Shown in pieces: positions 24,408 to 35,524 of a stretch of DNA of 64,000 nt (its first letter is position 1; every line of letters begins with the position of its first letter). The notes under the pieces were generated by a model, which was not told where the DNA came from, made no database searches, and saw only the letters and a list, made by a program, of their open reading frames with translations. The stretch lies in assembly GCA_010093815.1 (NCBI GenBank), contig ML996573.1; one strand, 5' to 3'. The position numbers and the translations under genes are program-made. This stretch comes from Pseudovirgaria hyperparasitica (Eukaryota).

Positions 24408-27017
24408 ATGGCACTTCAAGATAACGATCCTTTGGATTGTTTCTCGAAGCCTCGGAAGACAAGAGCAAAGCCAACTCCTGTCAAGCCAGCAAAGTCTGAG
24501 GATGCAGAAATCCCGACTAACCCAAGTCAACTCATACGATGGCGTGATGCTTTCGAGAAAGCGCAAAACAAGTTCAAGTACGACGACATCGACGCAGAAA
24601 AGGAAGTTAGACTACTTCTCCTATATGCAGGCAAAAGTAGTACTCCTATTCAGGTCTCACTTAGAACGATTTCCATGGACCTTCTCGGAAAGAAGTTCCA
24701 TTATGACGCTTTATCATATTACTGGGGTGATGGGCCACAGATCGACCCAGTCTTCATACGACCAGTCAAAAATCAGCGTGATGGCAAGGATATCAAGATA
24801 TTCGAAGATGTCTATCGCGCTTCGACTTTTCGAATTAAAGTGAAACGGAACCTATATTCGGCTCTTCAGCACCTTCGGGAAGAGAACGAAGATGTGATTC
24901 TGTGGATAGATGCTATATGCATAAATCAACAGAATCAACAGGAAAAGGAAGCGCAAGTTGCTCGCATGGCGCACATATACCGCCAAGCATCTAATGTGTG
25001 CATCTGGCTTGGTCATTCGAATGAGCGCTGCTCTAATGCAATGGATTTCATAACGAGGATATTAGGAACCCCAAACCTGGATGATTTTGTTCGAAAAAAA
25101 GAGCACGTGCAGCGCTGGCTTGATCTTGCACATCTGATGCGAAGTGACTGGTTCACTCGTCGCTGGGTCATTCAAGAACTTGCCCTTGCCAAAGAGGCCG
25201 TGGTCCACTTCGGCGACCGAACAATCAGCTGGGACGACCTCAAAGACGCCGTAGGACTTTTCAGTCTGCATTTTGATACTATCCAGCAGAACTTCGCTGA
25301 CGCCGATCAACGCGACATGCTTCAGGAAATAGGAGAGCTCGACCTATTAGGGGCACAAGTACTGGTGGACGTTATTGGAAATGTGTTTCGCAGGAAAGCC
25401 GACGGAACGATATACGAACCAGTCGCTGGACTAGAGACCCTCGTCTCCTCTTTGTCGACCTTCAATAGCTCCGATCCTCGCGACACAATCATCGCTCTTC
25501 GGAACCTTGCCAAAGAGACCTCTGGAATGTTTTCAAGAGGAACGACCAGATATGCGCCACCACCGCCACCTGACTATACCAAAAGTGTTCTTGTCGTGTA
25601 CAAAGAATTCGTAAAATGGGTAGTTACGACTTCCAAGTCTCTTAACATAATATGTCGTCACTGGGCCCTTCCGCCACGCGTCGCAGAGTCTACACTAGAT
25701 CCGAATCAGCTTGCTATGAGCACTGAACTACCGTCGTGGGTTAAAAAGATCTCAGAGAGCAAATATGGTGCTATGCTTGACGGCCGAAGTGGGCGTAAAT
25801 CGGCGGACGACTTTGTAGGATTGCCAGGCCACTCAGCCTATAACGCATCATACAACATAGAAGCAGAAGTATACTTCGGCGCTACTGAATATAAGACAGG
25901 CCTAAAGCCGCGTACGCCTCTATTGCCGCACGGGTTCGTGAGTCTCTCTGACCGTACAAGACAACCAAGTATACCAATTCGTAGGGAAACAGAGAATCAT
26001 ACCCAACTATTTGGACTATTCGGGGAACCGCTCTCAGCATCAGACATGGCAGATCAATCTCCTTGGGCTGATCAATACATTCCAACTTCGAAGTCGCCTC
26101 AGTCTTCACAGTTTCCTTCTGTCAAAGATGGGACAACCATGCAACCAATCAACGGAACTCAACCTGGCCGACATGCTCTGCTGAACGGCACTGCAGAAGA
26201 CGAGGAAACACCACAAGCCGAAGCAGGGGCGCAAGAAGTGAACATGAATGGCCACACATCGCACATCCCCAAACCTCTCGCGAAAGCTATACTTCAAGTT
26301 CAGAAACAGCAGCCCAATAAGCACGACGCAGCACCAGTAGACAGTGACATGACTAAGAAATGTGAGCCTTCCAGTGTAGAGGCTGTTGAGGCGGAGGATT
26401 CTTCTATTTTCGCCAGAGGTATTCAAATAAGCACTATCACTTTTGCTACCAATCCCATAGCGGATGGTGTAATTCCGCAAAAAGCGATTCATTTAGGAGG
26501 CTATAACAAGAATAGCGAATATAGTCAGATCAAGGCACCAGACAAGCTTTGGCGCACTCTAGTCGCTGATCGAGGGCCAGATGGAGGTCCCACCCCGGCC
26601 TGGTACCATCGTGCTTGCTTAGAGTGCCTCATCAACGATACTGTAAACGGCCACATCAACGTCAAGCAGCTCTTGGAGTCGAAGAAGAAGCTCCAGCACG
26701 TTCGGAAATTCCTAGAACGTGTCCGCTCCATTGTCTGGGAACGGGTCATCTTCGAGGCAGATCCTATGTCCAAACAGTCCAATCGGGAATCGCTTTTTGG
26801 ACTTGGACCTGCGACGACCTTGACCAATGACATAGTATGTATTCTCTTTGGCTGCACCGTGCCTGTCATACTGCGAGAGCAGAAGGATGAGCATGACGAA
26901 GTGTACTACGAATTCGTCGGCGAGGCTTTCGTCTACGGTATGATGGATGGCGAAGCTGTCACGAGCATGAGCGAGGAAGAACTTCAGGAGAGAGCAACGT
27001 ACTTCAGACTCATGTAA
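24408..27017 (+). CDS. HET-domain (PF06985) protein, HET-6-like
   Basis: VRLLLL, YDALSYYWG, NLYSALQHLR, LWIDAICINQQNQQEKEAQVARMAHIYRQA, WFTRRWVIQELALA, SSDPRD, C-terminal DIVCILFGCTVPVILR..VGEAFVYGMMDGEA. Confidence 0.93.
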   Translation: MALQDNDPLDCFSKPRKTRAKPTPVKPAKSEDAEIPTNPSQLIRWRDAFEKAQNKFKYDDIDAEKEVRLLLLYAGKSSTPIQVSLRTISMDLLGKKFHYDALSYYWGDGPQIDPVFIRPVKNQRDGKDIKIFEDVYRASTFRIKVKRNLYSALQHLREENEDVILWIDAICINQQNQQEKEAQVARMAHIYRQASNVCIWLGHSNERCSNAMDFITRILGTPNLDDFVRKKEHVQRWLDLAHLMRSDWFTRRWVIQELALAKEAVVHFGDRTISWDDLKDAVGLFSLHFDTIQQNFADADQRDMLQEIGELDLLGAQVLVDVIGNVFRRKADGTIYEPVAGLETLVSSLSTFNSSDPRDTIIALRNLAKETSGMFSRGTTRYAPPPPPDYTKSVLVVYKEFVKWVVTTSKSLNIICRHWALPPRVAESTLDPNQLAMSTELPSWVKKISESKYGAMLDGRSGRKSADDFVGLPGHSAYNASYNIEAEVYFGATEYKTGLKPRTPLLPHGFVSLSDRTRQPSIPIRRETENHTQLFGLFGEPLSASDMADQSPWADQYIPTSKSPQSSQFPSVKDGTTMQPINGTQPGRHALLNGTAEDEETPQAEAGAQEVNMNGHTSHIPKPLAKAILQVQKQQPNKHDAAPVDSDMTKKCEPSSVEAVEAEDSSIFARGIQISTITFATNPIADGVIPQKAIHLGGYNKNSEYSQIKAPDKLWRTLVADRGPDGGPTPAWYHRACLECLINDTVNGHINVKQLLESKKKLQHVRKFLERVRSIVWERVIFEADPMSKQSNRESLFGLGPATTLTNDIVCILFGCTVPVILREQKDEHDEVYYEFVGEAFVYGMMDGEAVTSMSEEELQERATYFRLM

Positions 27018-27689
27018 GTCAAGTCGATAGCGTGGGTGGTACACGTACCAATCGTTCTGTGTACAAGGGGGGCTTCACATTACTTGCTGTGGAAAGCACT
27101 CTAGCCCATCAAGCTATCGTTGACACTTAATGTAGCTGCAGGGATGCAGATCGAAGATTTTTCTGTAGTTGTCTGATAGGTTTCGGGGTGGGAATGGAGT
27201 TGGAGACGTAGAACAGCGGGGTGGAGTAACGGGAGCTGTCAGATTATGCGTTCTGCAAAGGAGTGTTTGTTGTTTGGCGCGCAGAGGCGTGCTTGTCTGG
27301 AAGCTTCCTTATGGGTGAGATATCGAGATGATTGTTGTCAAGGTGTTGTTCGGATGGGATTTAGGCTATGTGAGTGGAGAGATCGGGAGGGAGTTCTTGT
27401 GAGAGGCTCTATACCGTTATTTTGGTTTCATCGTAATATCTCAATTCATGTATTGGGTAGATATTTTTCTGGTGTTAGTGAAGTCTCGTTTTCCATTTCT
27501 CTCTTTAACGCAGGGGAAAATTTTGATTTTTCTCTGCCAGAGGCAGAAATGCGTCGTGCCTAGAACTCATGCACTTTGATTAGTGTAGCACTAGTGACTG
27601 CTACAAGTAAGGCTCTACAGTCAATTAATACACAAACAGCCGCCAGAGAGCTCGGTGGAAAGGACTATGTAATATGTAAAGTACACTGT

Positions 27690-28904
27690 TCACGGAGCAT
27701 CATCGAAATCTGCTCCGACAGATGCTCCGGCGTCTCGTTGTGCGATCAAGTACTTTTGATGATAGTAGATGACAAACGCCGGCCGATTGATCATGGCGCG
27801 AGCTTGATCTTCAGTTATAGCCTTCTCTTTCAGATACATTCCCTGATTGTGGCCCAGAATGGGCACCACTTCCTGATGTGCATAATGACATATGGACTCC
27901 ATATGATGTGGCCACAGCGGCTTCATGTCCTGACGAACGACAATTACATTGCCCACAGTCCCATGCCAATCTTTGTGGGCATGACCGAAACCTGAGCATG
28001 CAGAGCCTTCGTGCGCCTGGTTTTTGGGATGGAGGCAGCTGTGAAGATGACGTGCGTACTGATTGTCTGTAGGGCACTCAGTCGCGAACAGGACCGTTCC
28101 TCGAGCGATGACAAGACGGGATAGGGTGGGAATACCGATAAGCTCCGCTATATCTGAGGACTCGCCAAGGTTGAAGATAGGATCTCGTGACGAAACCTTG
28201 ACGCTCTCGAACCTTGGCTTTTCAAATCTCTTGTGGTAATCATCGTTGATCCTGACGCCGTATACTGTCGTGATGGGCTGTTGTGGCTCTTTTCGGACGG
28301 CGGCTGGTTTATAGACGTATGAGCGGAAGAAGTCGACGACGTGCTTGAAGTCGCTCATACGTATGTCTCTGCAAAGACTGGCATCCCGGTCGAGGCCACA
28401 TTTGCCGTACACGACAATTGGTCCTCTCCAGAGAAAATTGTGTCCCACTGATCCTGCAGTAATACTCGAAACGCTGCTATTAAGCAAGGAGGGGTCGATT
28501 TCGAACGTATCGCGGACACAGACAGTGATCAACTCTTCAACCTCTCTCTTCAACACCTTGTTGTACTTGATATTCTGTCGTTCAGGGCAAGCGTCTTCGC
28601 CCAGATACGACTCGACTTTGGCATACTGGAATTCACCGAACGTGGCGCCACTCCACTCACAGTGTAGCCAGATGAAAGTGGGAGAGGATTTGTAAGGGTC
28701 GAGCAAGATGGCCCGCTTGTGCTCGTGTGTTGGACGTTCCGAAAGATCGAAATCCTTGTAGGTCTTGCAGATTAGTTTGTGCGTAGACAAGTCTGCGATT
28801 AGACATTTCTGAGAGCAGTAACGAGCTGCTTTGCAGGTGTGGCACCACATGATGCCGACATCATCGCAGGACGTGCATGGCGGGATATCAGAGGGGTTCT
28901 CCAT
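27690..28904 (-). CDS. MYND-type zinc finger protein
   Basis: CTSC..WCHTCKAARYCSQKCLIADLSTHKLIC near the N-terminus; WRGPIVVYG and GNVIVVRQDMKPL motifs. Likely ATG at 28904 (ORF track starts 29003). Confidence 0.82.
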   Translation of the reverse strand: MENPSDIPPCTSCDDVGIMWCHTCKAARYCSQKCLIADLSTHKLICKTYKDFDLSERPTHEHKRAILLDPYKSSPTFIWLHCEWSGATFGEFQYAKVESYLGEDACPERQNIKYNKVLKREVEELITVCVRDTFEIDPSLLNSSVSSITAGSVGHNFLWRGPIVVYGKCGLDRDASLCRDIRMSDFKHVVDFFRSYVYKPAAVRKEPQQPITTVYGVRINDDYHKRFEKPRFESVKVSSRDPIFNLGESSDIAELIGIPTLSRLVIARGTVLFATECPTDNQYARHLHSCLHPKNQAHEGSACSGFGHAHKDWHGTVGNVIVVRQDMKPLWPHHMESICHYAHQEVVPILGHNQGMYLKEKAITEDQARAMINRPAFVIYYHQKYLIAQRDAGASVGADFDDAP

Positions 28905-30394
28905 ACTCTTAGGCCTGCCAATGTCCGTAGCTTGTGTTGTATGAGCGATCCGGCTGAAGTGAATGGAGATGTGACTTGCCTCAGGTGTAGGATATAGAGG
29001 CAATGGAAGAGTCGAGTGAATTCGCTGGCGAAGAACGTCGAATTGCGAGGTGGTATGAGGTTTTCAAGGCTCTGCTAATGAAGGAAGAAAGGGATGCTAA
29101 CGATTCTCTTTCTCGCGCCTTAGAGCTTTGATCTTAACATGTTTGTTGGGGTCAAAATCGCTTGACGGCCACGAACGATCGCAGCCGATTCACTTCCACA
29201 AACACAAGTATATTTCAGTCGCAATGCAAGGGAAGCAACTGAAAGCAGGTTATACGAAATATTGAGACATGATGAAGAAACCTTAAGACGGCGACGCGTT
29301 GGTCGACTGTAGAAAATCGGAGCTCTTTCAGTAACATGATAATATGAACTGAAAAATGGAGAACCTTACGCAATTGCCTTGCTAAACGAATTCACGTATG
29401 TATGATTGGGAGTATTGAACATGTGTTGCAACAATACTGATAAAATCAGATAACACCGTCTACTGGATCCCTCCATCTGTACAGCATGAGGTAAAATGAT
29501 GCAGATGACGTCGCGTAGATTGTTCTTCGAATCAAGATTCAGCGTAAAACTTGCGAGCAAGGAACAACAGGCGACAAATGCAGGTCCATTGAACGTTGAA
29601 AACTGCCTCTTTCTTGAGCACAGGCTCTAGTTCATGATCTCCCAATTGATGAGCCAAGAAACACACCACTCAATACGAAAGTACTCGCACCCGCAGACCC
29701 GCACTTACGCTGACTAACAGAGAATTCTTGTCTCGCGCTTCCTGGCTACATGCCAGCGTCACCCGAACTTTGACGAATTCCGCATGTTTTGAGACCAACG
29801 TCGTGATGAGCTGTTGTATCTCCGCTCCACCGACGCCGTTTCGTAGAGTAATTTCAAATACTGGTTCAGATACTTTGTTACGCGCCTACAGCTGGCGCCG
29901 CTGTGCCTCTATCTTGATGCATGCTGCCTTGCTTGGCGATGATACTATGCAAGTTGAGCACTTGATTCAGTGTTGGTAGCAGTTGACTTCAGAACCAAGG
30001 GGCCTATCAGGGCTTCTGGTTAGGTATTAATCGTAGCATATATACATCGATATGCCGATTAGAAGACACCCACTGGACCGCCGCGATGTTTGATAGCGAT
30101 ACCCTAATTGATTGTCATTAGCTCAACATGCTTTTTCATCGGCTACTCACTACCTACAGTACCAGTACCTACATAGCACTACTAGCTTTGTAGGGATTAG
30201 CGTTGGTTTACCCGGGCGATCGCGCAGATCGATCTACCTAGACACGCCAAAAGTCATGACGCACTATGTTCTCAATCGAGTACCTTACAATGTGATCATC
30301 CTCCCCTCGTGAAGCACGTTGATGCCGGTGGGCTCATTGCTACTTCACTTTCGAAGACACGCGTCTCACCATCCGAAACTATACTACGCGTAAC

Positions 30395-32205
30395 ATGCCG
30401 AATGAAGAGCCACTCCTACCAACGAGCAACATGAGCCAGAATAGCCTCAAGAAAGATGGAGGACAGAGGAAGAAGGTGCTTGTAGTGGGAGCTGGTGCTG
30501 CTGGTAGGAATCACTTTGGTTCAATATTGAGCATTGCTAATTTAGTCATGCAGGCATGTCCTGCGCTCATCACCTTGCCGAACATCCAGATAAATTCGAA
30601 GTAACACTCATCGAGTCGCAGAACTATTGCGGTGGTCAGGCCTTCTCTATACCACTCGATAAGGAAAAACATGGTGCAAGCTGGTTGAATCAGGGTGTAC
30701 AAGGTGGAAGCTACATCTTTCATCACACCATGACCATGTTCGCACGACAGGGATTTGCCGCGAACCCAGTCGAGTTGCAAGTCTCGTTTGGTAAAGACGA
30801 ACAGTTCTGGTCCAACGTCTACCCTAGTAAGCTGCTAGAGAAACACCAGAAAGAGGTGAAGCGATTTGCAACTATGCTCAAGATAATCCGAATGTTTGAG
30901 GTGTTTTTGGGATTGCTGCCCATCAAGATCATTATGAAGCTCTTCTGGTTTTCTACTGAATTTGCCAACTGCATTGCTCTTCCTATGGTAGCTTTGTTCC
31001 TTGGAACTGGAAACTATACCCCGGAAGTACCAAGTATGATCATGGAGCGATTGAGCACTAGCCCTACATATGGAATGTGGTATCCACCCGACAAACAGAG
31101 TATTGCGAGCAATGAACCTCCTATGGTAGTCTTTCCGAAGTTCGCCGACTTCTACGATACATGGCGAAGGAGCTTGATCTCCAAGGGCGTCAATGTGCGC
31201 CTATCAACAGAGGTCACAAGCGTCGTTAAGCGTGATAGCACCGGAGCCACTGTTCGACTCATACAGCGAACTCCACAGCCCGACAACCACAACCCAAATA
31301 GTGTACACACAGATGATCCGACCTCAAACGCTGACGCCGGCGCCAAGGAGACAGAAGAACATTACGATGAACTCGTGCTCTGTGTATTGGCTGATACCGC
31401 GAAGCGTATCCTTTCTGAAACCGCATCCTTTCGGGAGAAGAAGGTTCTAGGATCAGCTAAGTTCTCAAATGATATCACCGTCACCCATTGGGACAGTGAT
31501 TACATGAAAAAGAACTATGAAATGTTCTTTAATCCTGACCAAGCTGTCACGTCCCTCTCAGGTGTCGACCAATCTTCCCGCGTAAAGAAAGCCAAGGATA
31601 GCTTCAAACCAATGTATCTCATCAAGATGTACCAGCAGGATCTCACGAAACTCGAAATGTGTTTCGACTGTACCAATTACCAAGCGCAATTTCCTCCAGA
31701 AGTTCCATTCGAGAAGCATGTGTTCCAGACCATCTTCCTCAACCATGAGCGCGATGGCCACCTTTGGAGTATCGATGACATCGATCAGAGCAAAATCATT
31801 CGCAAGGACTGGTGGCATCAGCTTTGCCATTCATGGACACATTATGTGTTCGTAGTGCCATGGATGTGGCTCCTCCAAGGCCGCAAACACACGCGATTCG
31901 CCGCCAGCTGGACGATGGTGAATGCGCATGAAGTGGCTTGCATGAGTGGTATTGCAGCTGCTGTCGATTTGGGCGCAAGGTACCCAGAGGATCTTGAGCG
32001 AGACAAGTTTGCACTACTGAGCTTTAGGCTGTACTATTTGTTGGCATACGGAAAGTGGTACAGTAGGCAAGCGACGAAGAAGACCAAGGAAGGGGAAGGC
32101 AAAGACTGGGCAAGCGGCTTGTACGGAAGTGTCTACAAAGGACCTGGTGTCGTTGCAGAAGAGCGACTAATGTGGAAGCGAGAGAATAATATTGAGTCCA
32201 TGTAG
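30395..32205 (+). CDS. FAD-dependent oxidoreductase (flavin amine oxidase-like), substrate unknown
   Basis: KVLVVGAGAAGMSCAHHL Rossmann motif across intron 30504-30553; YCGGQAFSI, WLNQGVQGGS, VNAHEVACMSGIAAA. Confidence 0.9.
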
Positions 32206-32697
32206 ATATGTGACAGAAGTAGTGGCAGGCCTCCTCAGTCATGTGACAAGAGTGATGCAAGGGATGCTCCCCGCAGACCTCAACCACATCACCTTCTGCT
32301 GGGATATTTACGGCTGAACTTTTCCAATTCACCCCAGCCAGCTTCTCCTTGTTCATGATCGAACGCAACGCCGGGGTCATCCAAGTCACTCCGAGTTGTT
32401 CATTGCACTGTACATGTGAAGTGTGCCAGCGAGATGCAGTATGTTCACAGGGAAGGCTACGCGAGAACTCGGGGAGGGAATACACGAGGAGCTCGCGATA
32501 TGATCTGGGAGAATGGTATGTGATGCTTTAGTCAGATATTCTTAGCAGTGAACGTGTTTCAACCAACCAGAATAGCAAACTTTTCTAACCGGAAGCGTGA
32601 GCTACAACGTATATTTTTCGTTATGCTGCAGTATACTAACGACTCATTTGCAGAAATATTTTATCGGAGCACGGTACCAGAAAACGATTTTGCCGAC

Positions 32698-34179
32698 ATG
32701 CCGTGGCATTTTCCACTATTTCCACCAGTTATCAATCCAAACTTTGTACACAGCCGCCCTCCTTCGCCAGTTTTAGATGACTCCAGGAGTACTGCAACAT
32801 CATACTATCCTACGTCTGCTTTTATTCCACCTCCGCCAGCTCCACCTCTACCAATATCATGTCCACCGCCTTGGACGAGCTACCAGACCAGCCCTTCACC
32901 CCAGCGCTGTCGGAGCCCAGGGTACGTCGTTGACATAACGATGACCCAATCGGGGTTCCCAAGGCAGATAGACTGGGCGGAACGTCCACAGACCCCTCCT
33001 CCACCGTTAACTCCTGTGTCTCGACCTGATACCCCACCGGAAGAGAGGGCACTTATGTCCATGGCAAAGCAGCAGTCTATTGCAGATCAGGCTAAGAAAG
33101 AGCGGGATGACAAAGAAAGGCAAGAACTCACAGCAGAAGCAGCGCAAATCCAGAGGGCATTGGAGGAGAGTCGGAGAACGGCTATTGAAGAGGCCAGGAG
33201 AGAGCAATTCAAGAGAAGCAGACAAATGTCGGCTACTGAAGATGCTCAATTGCTTAACGCGATAGAAAACAGCCGAGATACGGCTGCAAAAGAACTCCAG
33301 AATCGCAGAAGCCTTGAGCAGTCGCGAGAGCCAGTTCGTGGGAGGGTGGTAGCTCAAAAGCCAGAGACACAACCGTCACACGACTTTCACACTCAAACAA
33401 CGGATCGAGAATTAAAAGCTGCCCTCGCTGCTTCGAACGAAGAAGCATCTCGACAGAGTTTCGAGGACGACAAAGACGCCAGAGCCCTGCAGAGTACTAT
33501 AGAGCAATCCCTTGCTTCTATTGCAATAGATAGCAAGCGTGCTGTTCCAACGCAAGGTTGGCAGGGGTATGAAAATGCCAAGCGCAAGGAGGTTTTCGAA
33601 GCGGAGTGGGATGGGTACCGCCGTGCGGAATTCAATGCTGGACGTGCAGATCCAGAGGTAATGTATGCGAGAGGTCCTTCTATTCACTCTGATGGACAAG
33701 ACTCCGATGATGAGTTTGTAAGGGTGAATCCTAGTATCCCACCTGGACTACGACACCACCTTGAAGGCAGGAACGAAGTGCAAGCAGCAGGGGCATTGCC
33801 AGAGAACCGGTCTGTAGCACGAATGTTCGCTAACGCACGAGAAACGGAGGAGGAGAATAGGCGTGGATGGCGCCCTCAGCTAGAGCAGCGTAGAGTGCGT
33901 GAGAACGTGACGCGGCAGGTAAGTACAACGATAGATAATAGACCAAAGCGACGAGTCAGGTTTTCAAGTCCTGCGGATACAAGTAGACTTAGGAGAGCAA
34001 GTTCGCCAGCACCAGCTTATAGACATTGGTCTCCAGGGCCGAGAGAGCGACGAAAATATGAAGTTCAAGAGCCGACGAGAAGACGTGCGGTCTCACCGCA
34101 CGTGACCGTTAGGAAGGAGAGGGTCAAAATGGATATAAGCAGGGGAAAAGGGTTTAGTTATGTGGTGACGAAGGAGTGA
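32698..34179 (+). CDS. Hypothetical protein, Pro-rich N-terminus with 3-4 UIM-like helices
   Basis: Long uninterrupted ORF; QIQRALEESRR, DAQLLNAIENSRD, DRELKAALAASNEE, RALQSTIEQSL. Confidence 0.7.
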   Translation: MPWHFPLFPPVINPNFVHSRPPSPVLDDSRSTATSYYPTSAFIPPPPAPPLPISCPPPWTSYQTSPSPQRCRSPGYVVDITMTQSGFPRQIDWAERPQTPPPPLTPVSRPDTPPEERALMSMAKQQSIADQAKKERDDKERQELTAEAAQIQRALEESRRTAIEEARREQFKRSRQMSATEDAQLLNAIENSRDTAAKELQNRRSLEQSREPVRGRVVAQKPETQPSHDFHTQTTDRELKAALAASNEEASRQSFEDDKDARALQSTIEQSLASIAIDSKRAVPTQGWQGYENAKRKEVFEAEWDGYRRAEFNAGRADPEVMYARGPSIHSDGQDSDDEFVRVNPSIPPGLRHHLEGRNEVQAAGALPENRSVARMFANARETEEENRRGWRPQLEQRRVRENVTRQVSTTIDNRPKRRVRFSSPADTSRLRRASSPAPAYRHWSPGPRERRKYEVQEPTRRRAVSPHVTVRKERVKMDISRGKGFSYVVTKE

Positions 34180-34815
34180 TAATGGAGATAGGATGTAGTG
34201 GACGGTGATTATTTGAGTGTTCTAGGGGACACAATGAGATGGAGGACGTCTGACGAGGTATGGTGTGGTATGACTTATGAAACGACATGATGCTTTGTTG
34301 AAGCGCATAGCATGGAAATATAGACTTACATGAGACAAGGATCTAAATAGTAGTCAGATCTAAGGCCGTTTTGTAGATGCTATCAATGGAGAAGCCATGG
34401 GATGTGGGAATTCGCCATAGCGATGCTTTACGATGTGCTACAATACATGAGCTAGATGATAAGGTCACAATGCCATTGACTTCTGTGCTCTTCCTCTGAC
34501 TTCTACTTTGACGTCTGATTCCATGTTTTGAGTACGTACGCCGGGAAGGGCAGCGCCGAGGTCGAAGGCTAAGCGGGCACACATAGTTAACAAAATTGCA
34601 CGGTCCACGCGACCACCGCTCCCAGGCGTGCAAACCTTATTAACTACTACGCAGAGTTTTCAAGGTCCCGTGAGCTCATCTGAGGTTACCGGTCAATCAT
34701 AACATGCCCATCGCCATCATGAACACTCTCTTCACATACTCCATGGGGTATATATTTTCATAATGTCAGCCCATCGCCATCAGAGCACCAAATGCTTACT
34801 TTGGTTCTTGAGCAA

Positions 34816-34888
34816 GCCCGGTTAGCTCAATCGGTAGAGCGTGAGACTCTTAATCTCAAGGTCGGGGGTTCGAGCCCCCCATTGGGCT
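34816..34888 (+). tRNA. tRNA-Lys (anticodon CTT), intronless
   Basis: GCCCGGT/ATTGGGC acceptor stem, D arm GCTCAATCGGTAGAGC, anticodon arm TGAGA-CTCTTAA-TCTCA, T arm GGGGG-TTCGAGC-CCCCC; Pol III T-run at 34893-34897. Confidence 0.97.
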
Positions 34889-35524
34889 GATCTTTTTGGA
34901 TTCGCACTTGAGCTTCATCTTTTGGTTTTGCATTCTGCGGCGCAAGTTCTGCAGAGTCGAGCGTCTATTTTAAGCCACCAGAACGGTCTAGCGGGAGTGG
35001 CCCGTGTGATACAAAGCTAGAACACTAGTCTGGAAACGCTCCGGAGTTTGGCCGCTCGACCAAGGACCGAGGGATCGATAACTACCAGATGTATGAAGCT
35101 ATAATATGTACACGAATGTAGCCACAATGAAGCATGTAATGCGTACTGTGATTGTGAAAACTGTCGTTGACCTGCGACGATTACCTTAAGATTAAACCTG
35201 TTATGCGATTTGGGTTGAGCTTGAGTAACAGGAGAACAGGCGGCGCAGACGTATGTCTTTTCCAAAGTATTCTGACTATAATTATGCTATCTAGTAGAGA
35301 GACAGCTGCTAATTATTGCGTACTACATCGCGATGTTTGAACTTGAGCGAATTAACATTTTGTAACTGCTCCGCAAGACGCCTAGGCTAGCTTCCCGCTG
35401 GTCCGAGGGTCGCGCCCCTCGGTTCGGTACCCGAATTGACGCTGACGCTCTTGCTCTGTTGATAACTTCAACTAGACCAACCTCACAAACAAACGACTCT
35501 TGCCTCTGTGGTGCACCTGTTAAA

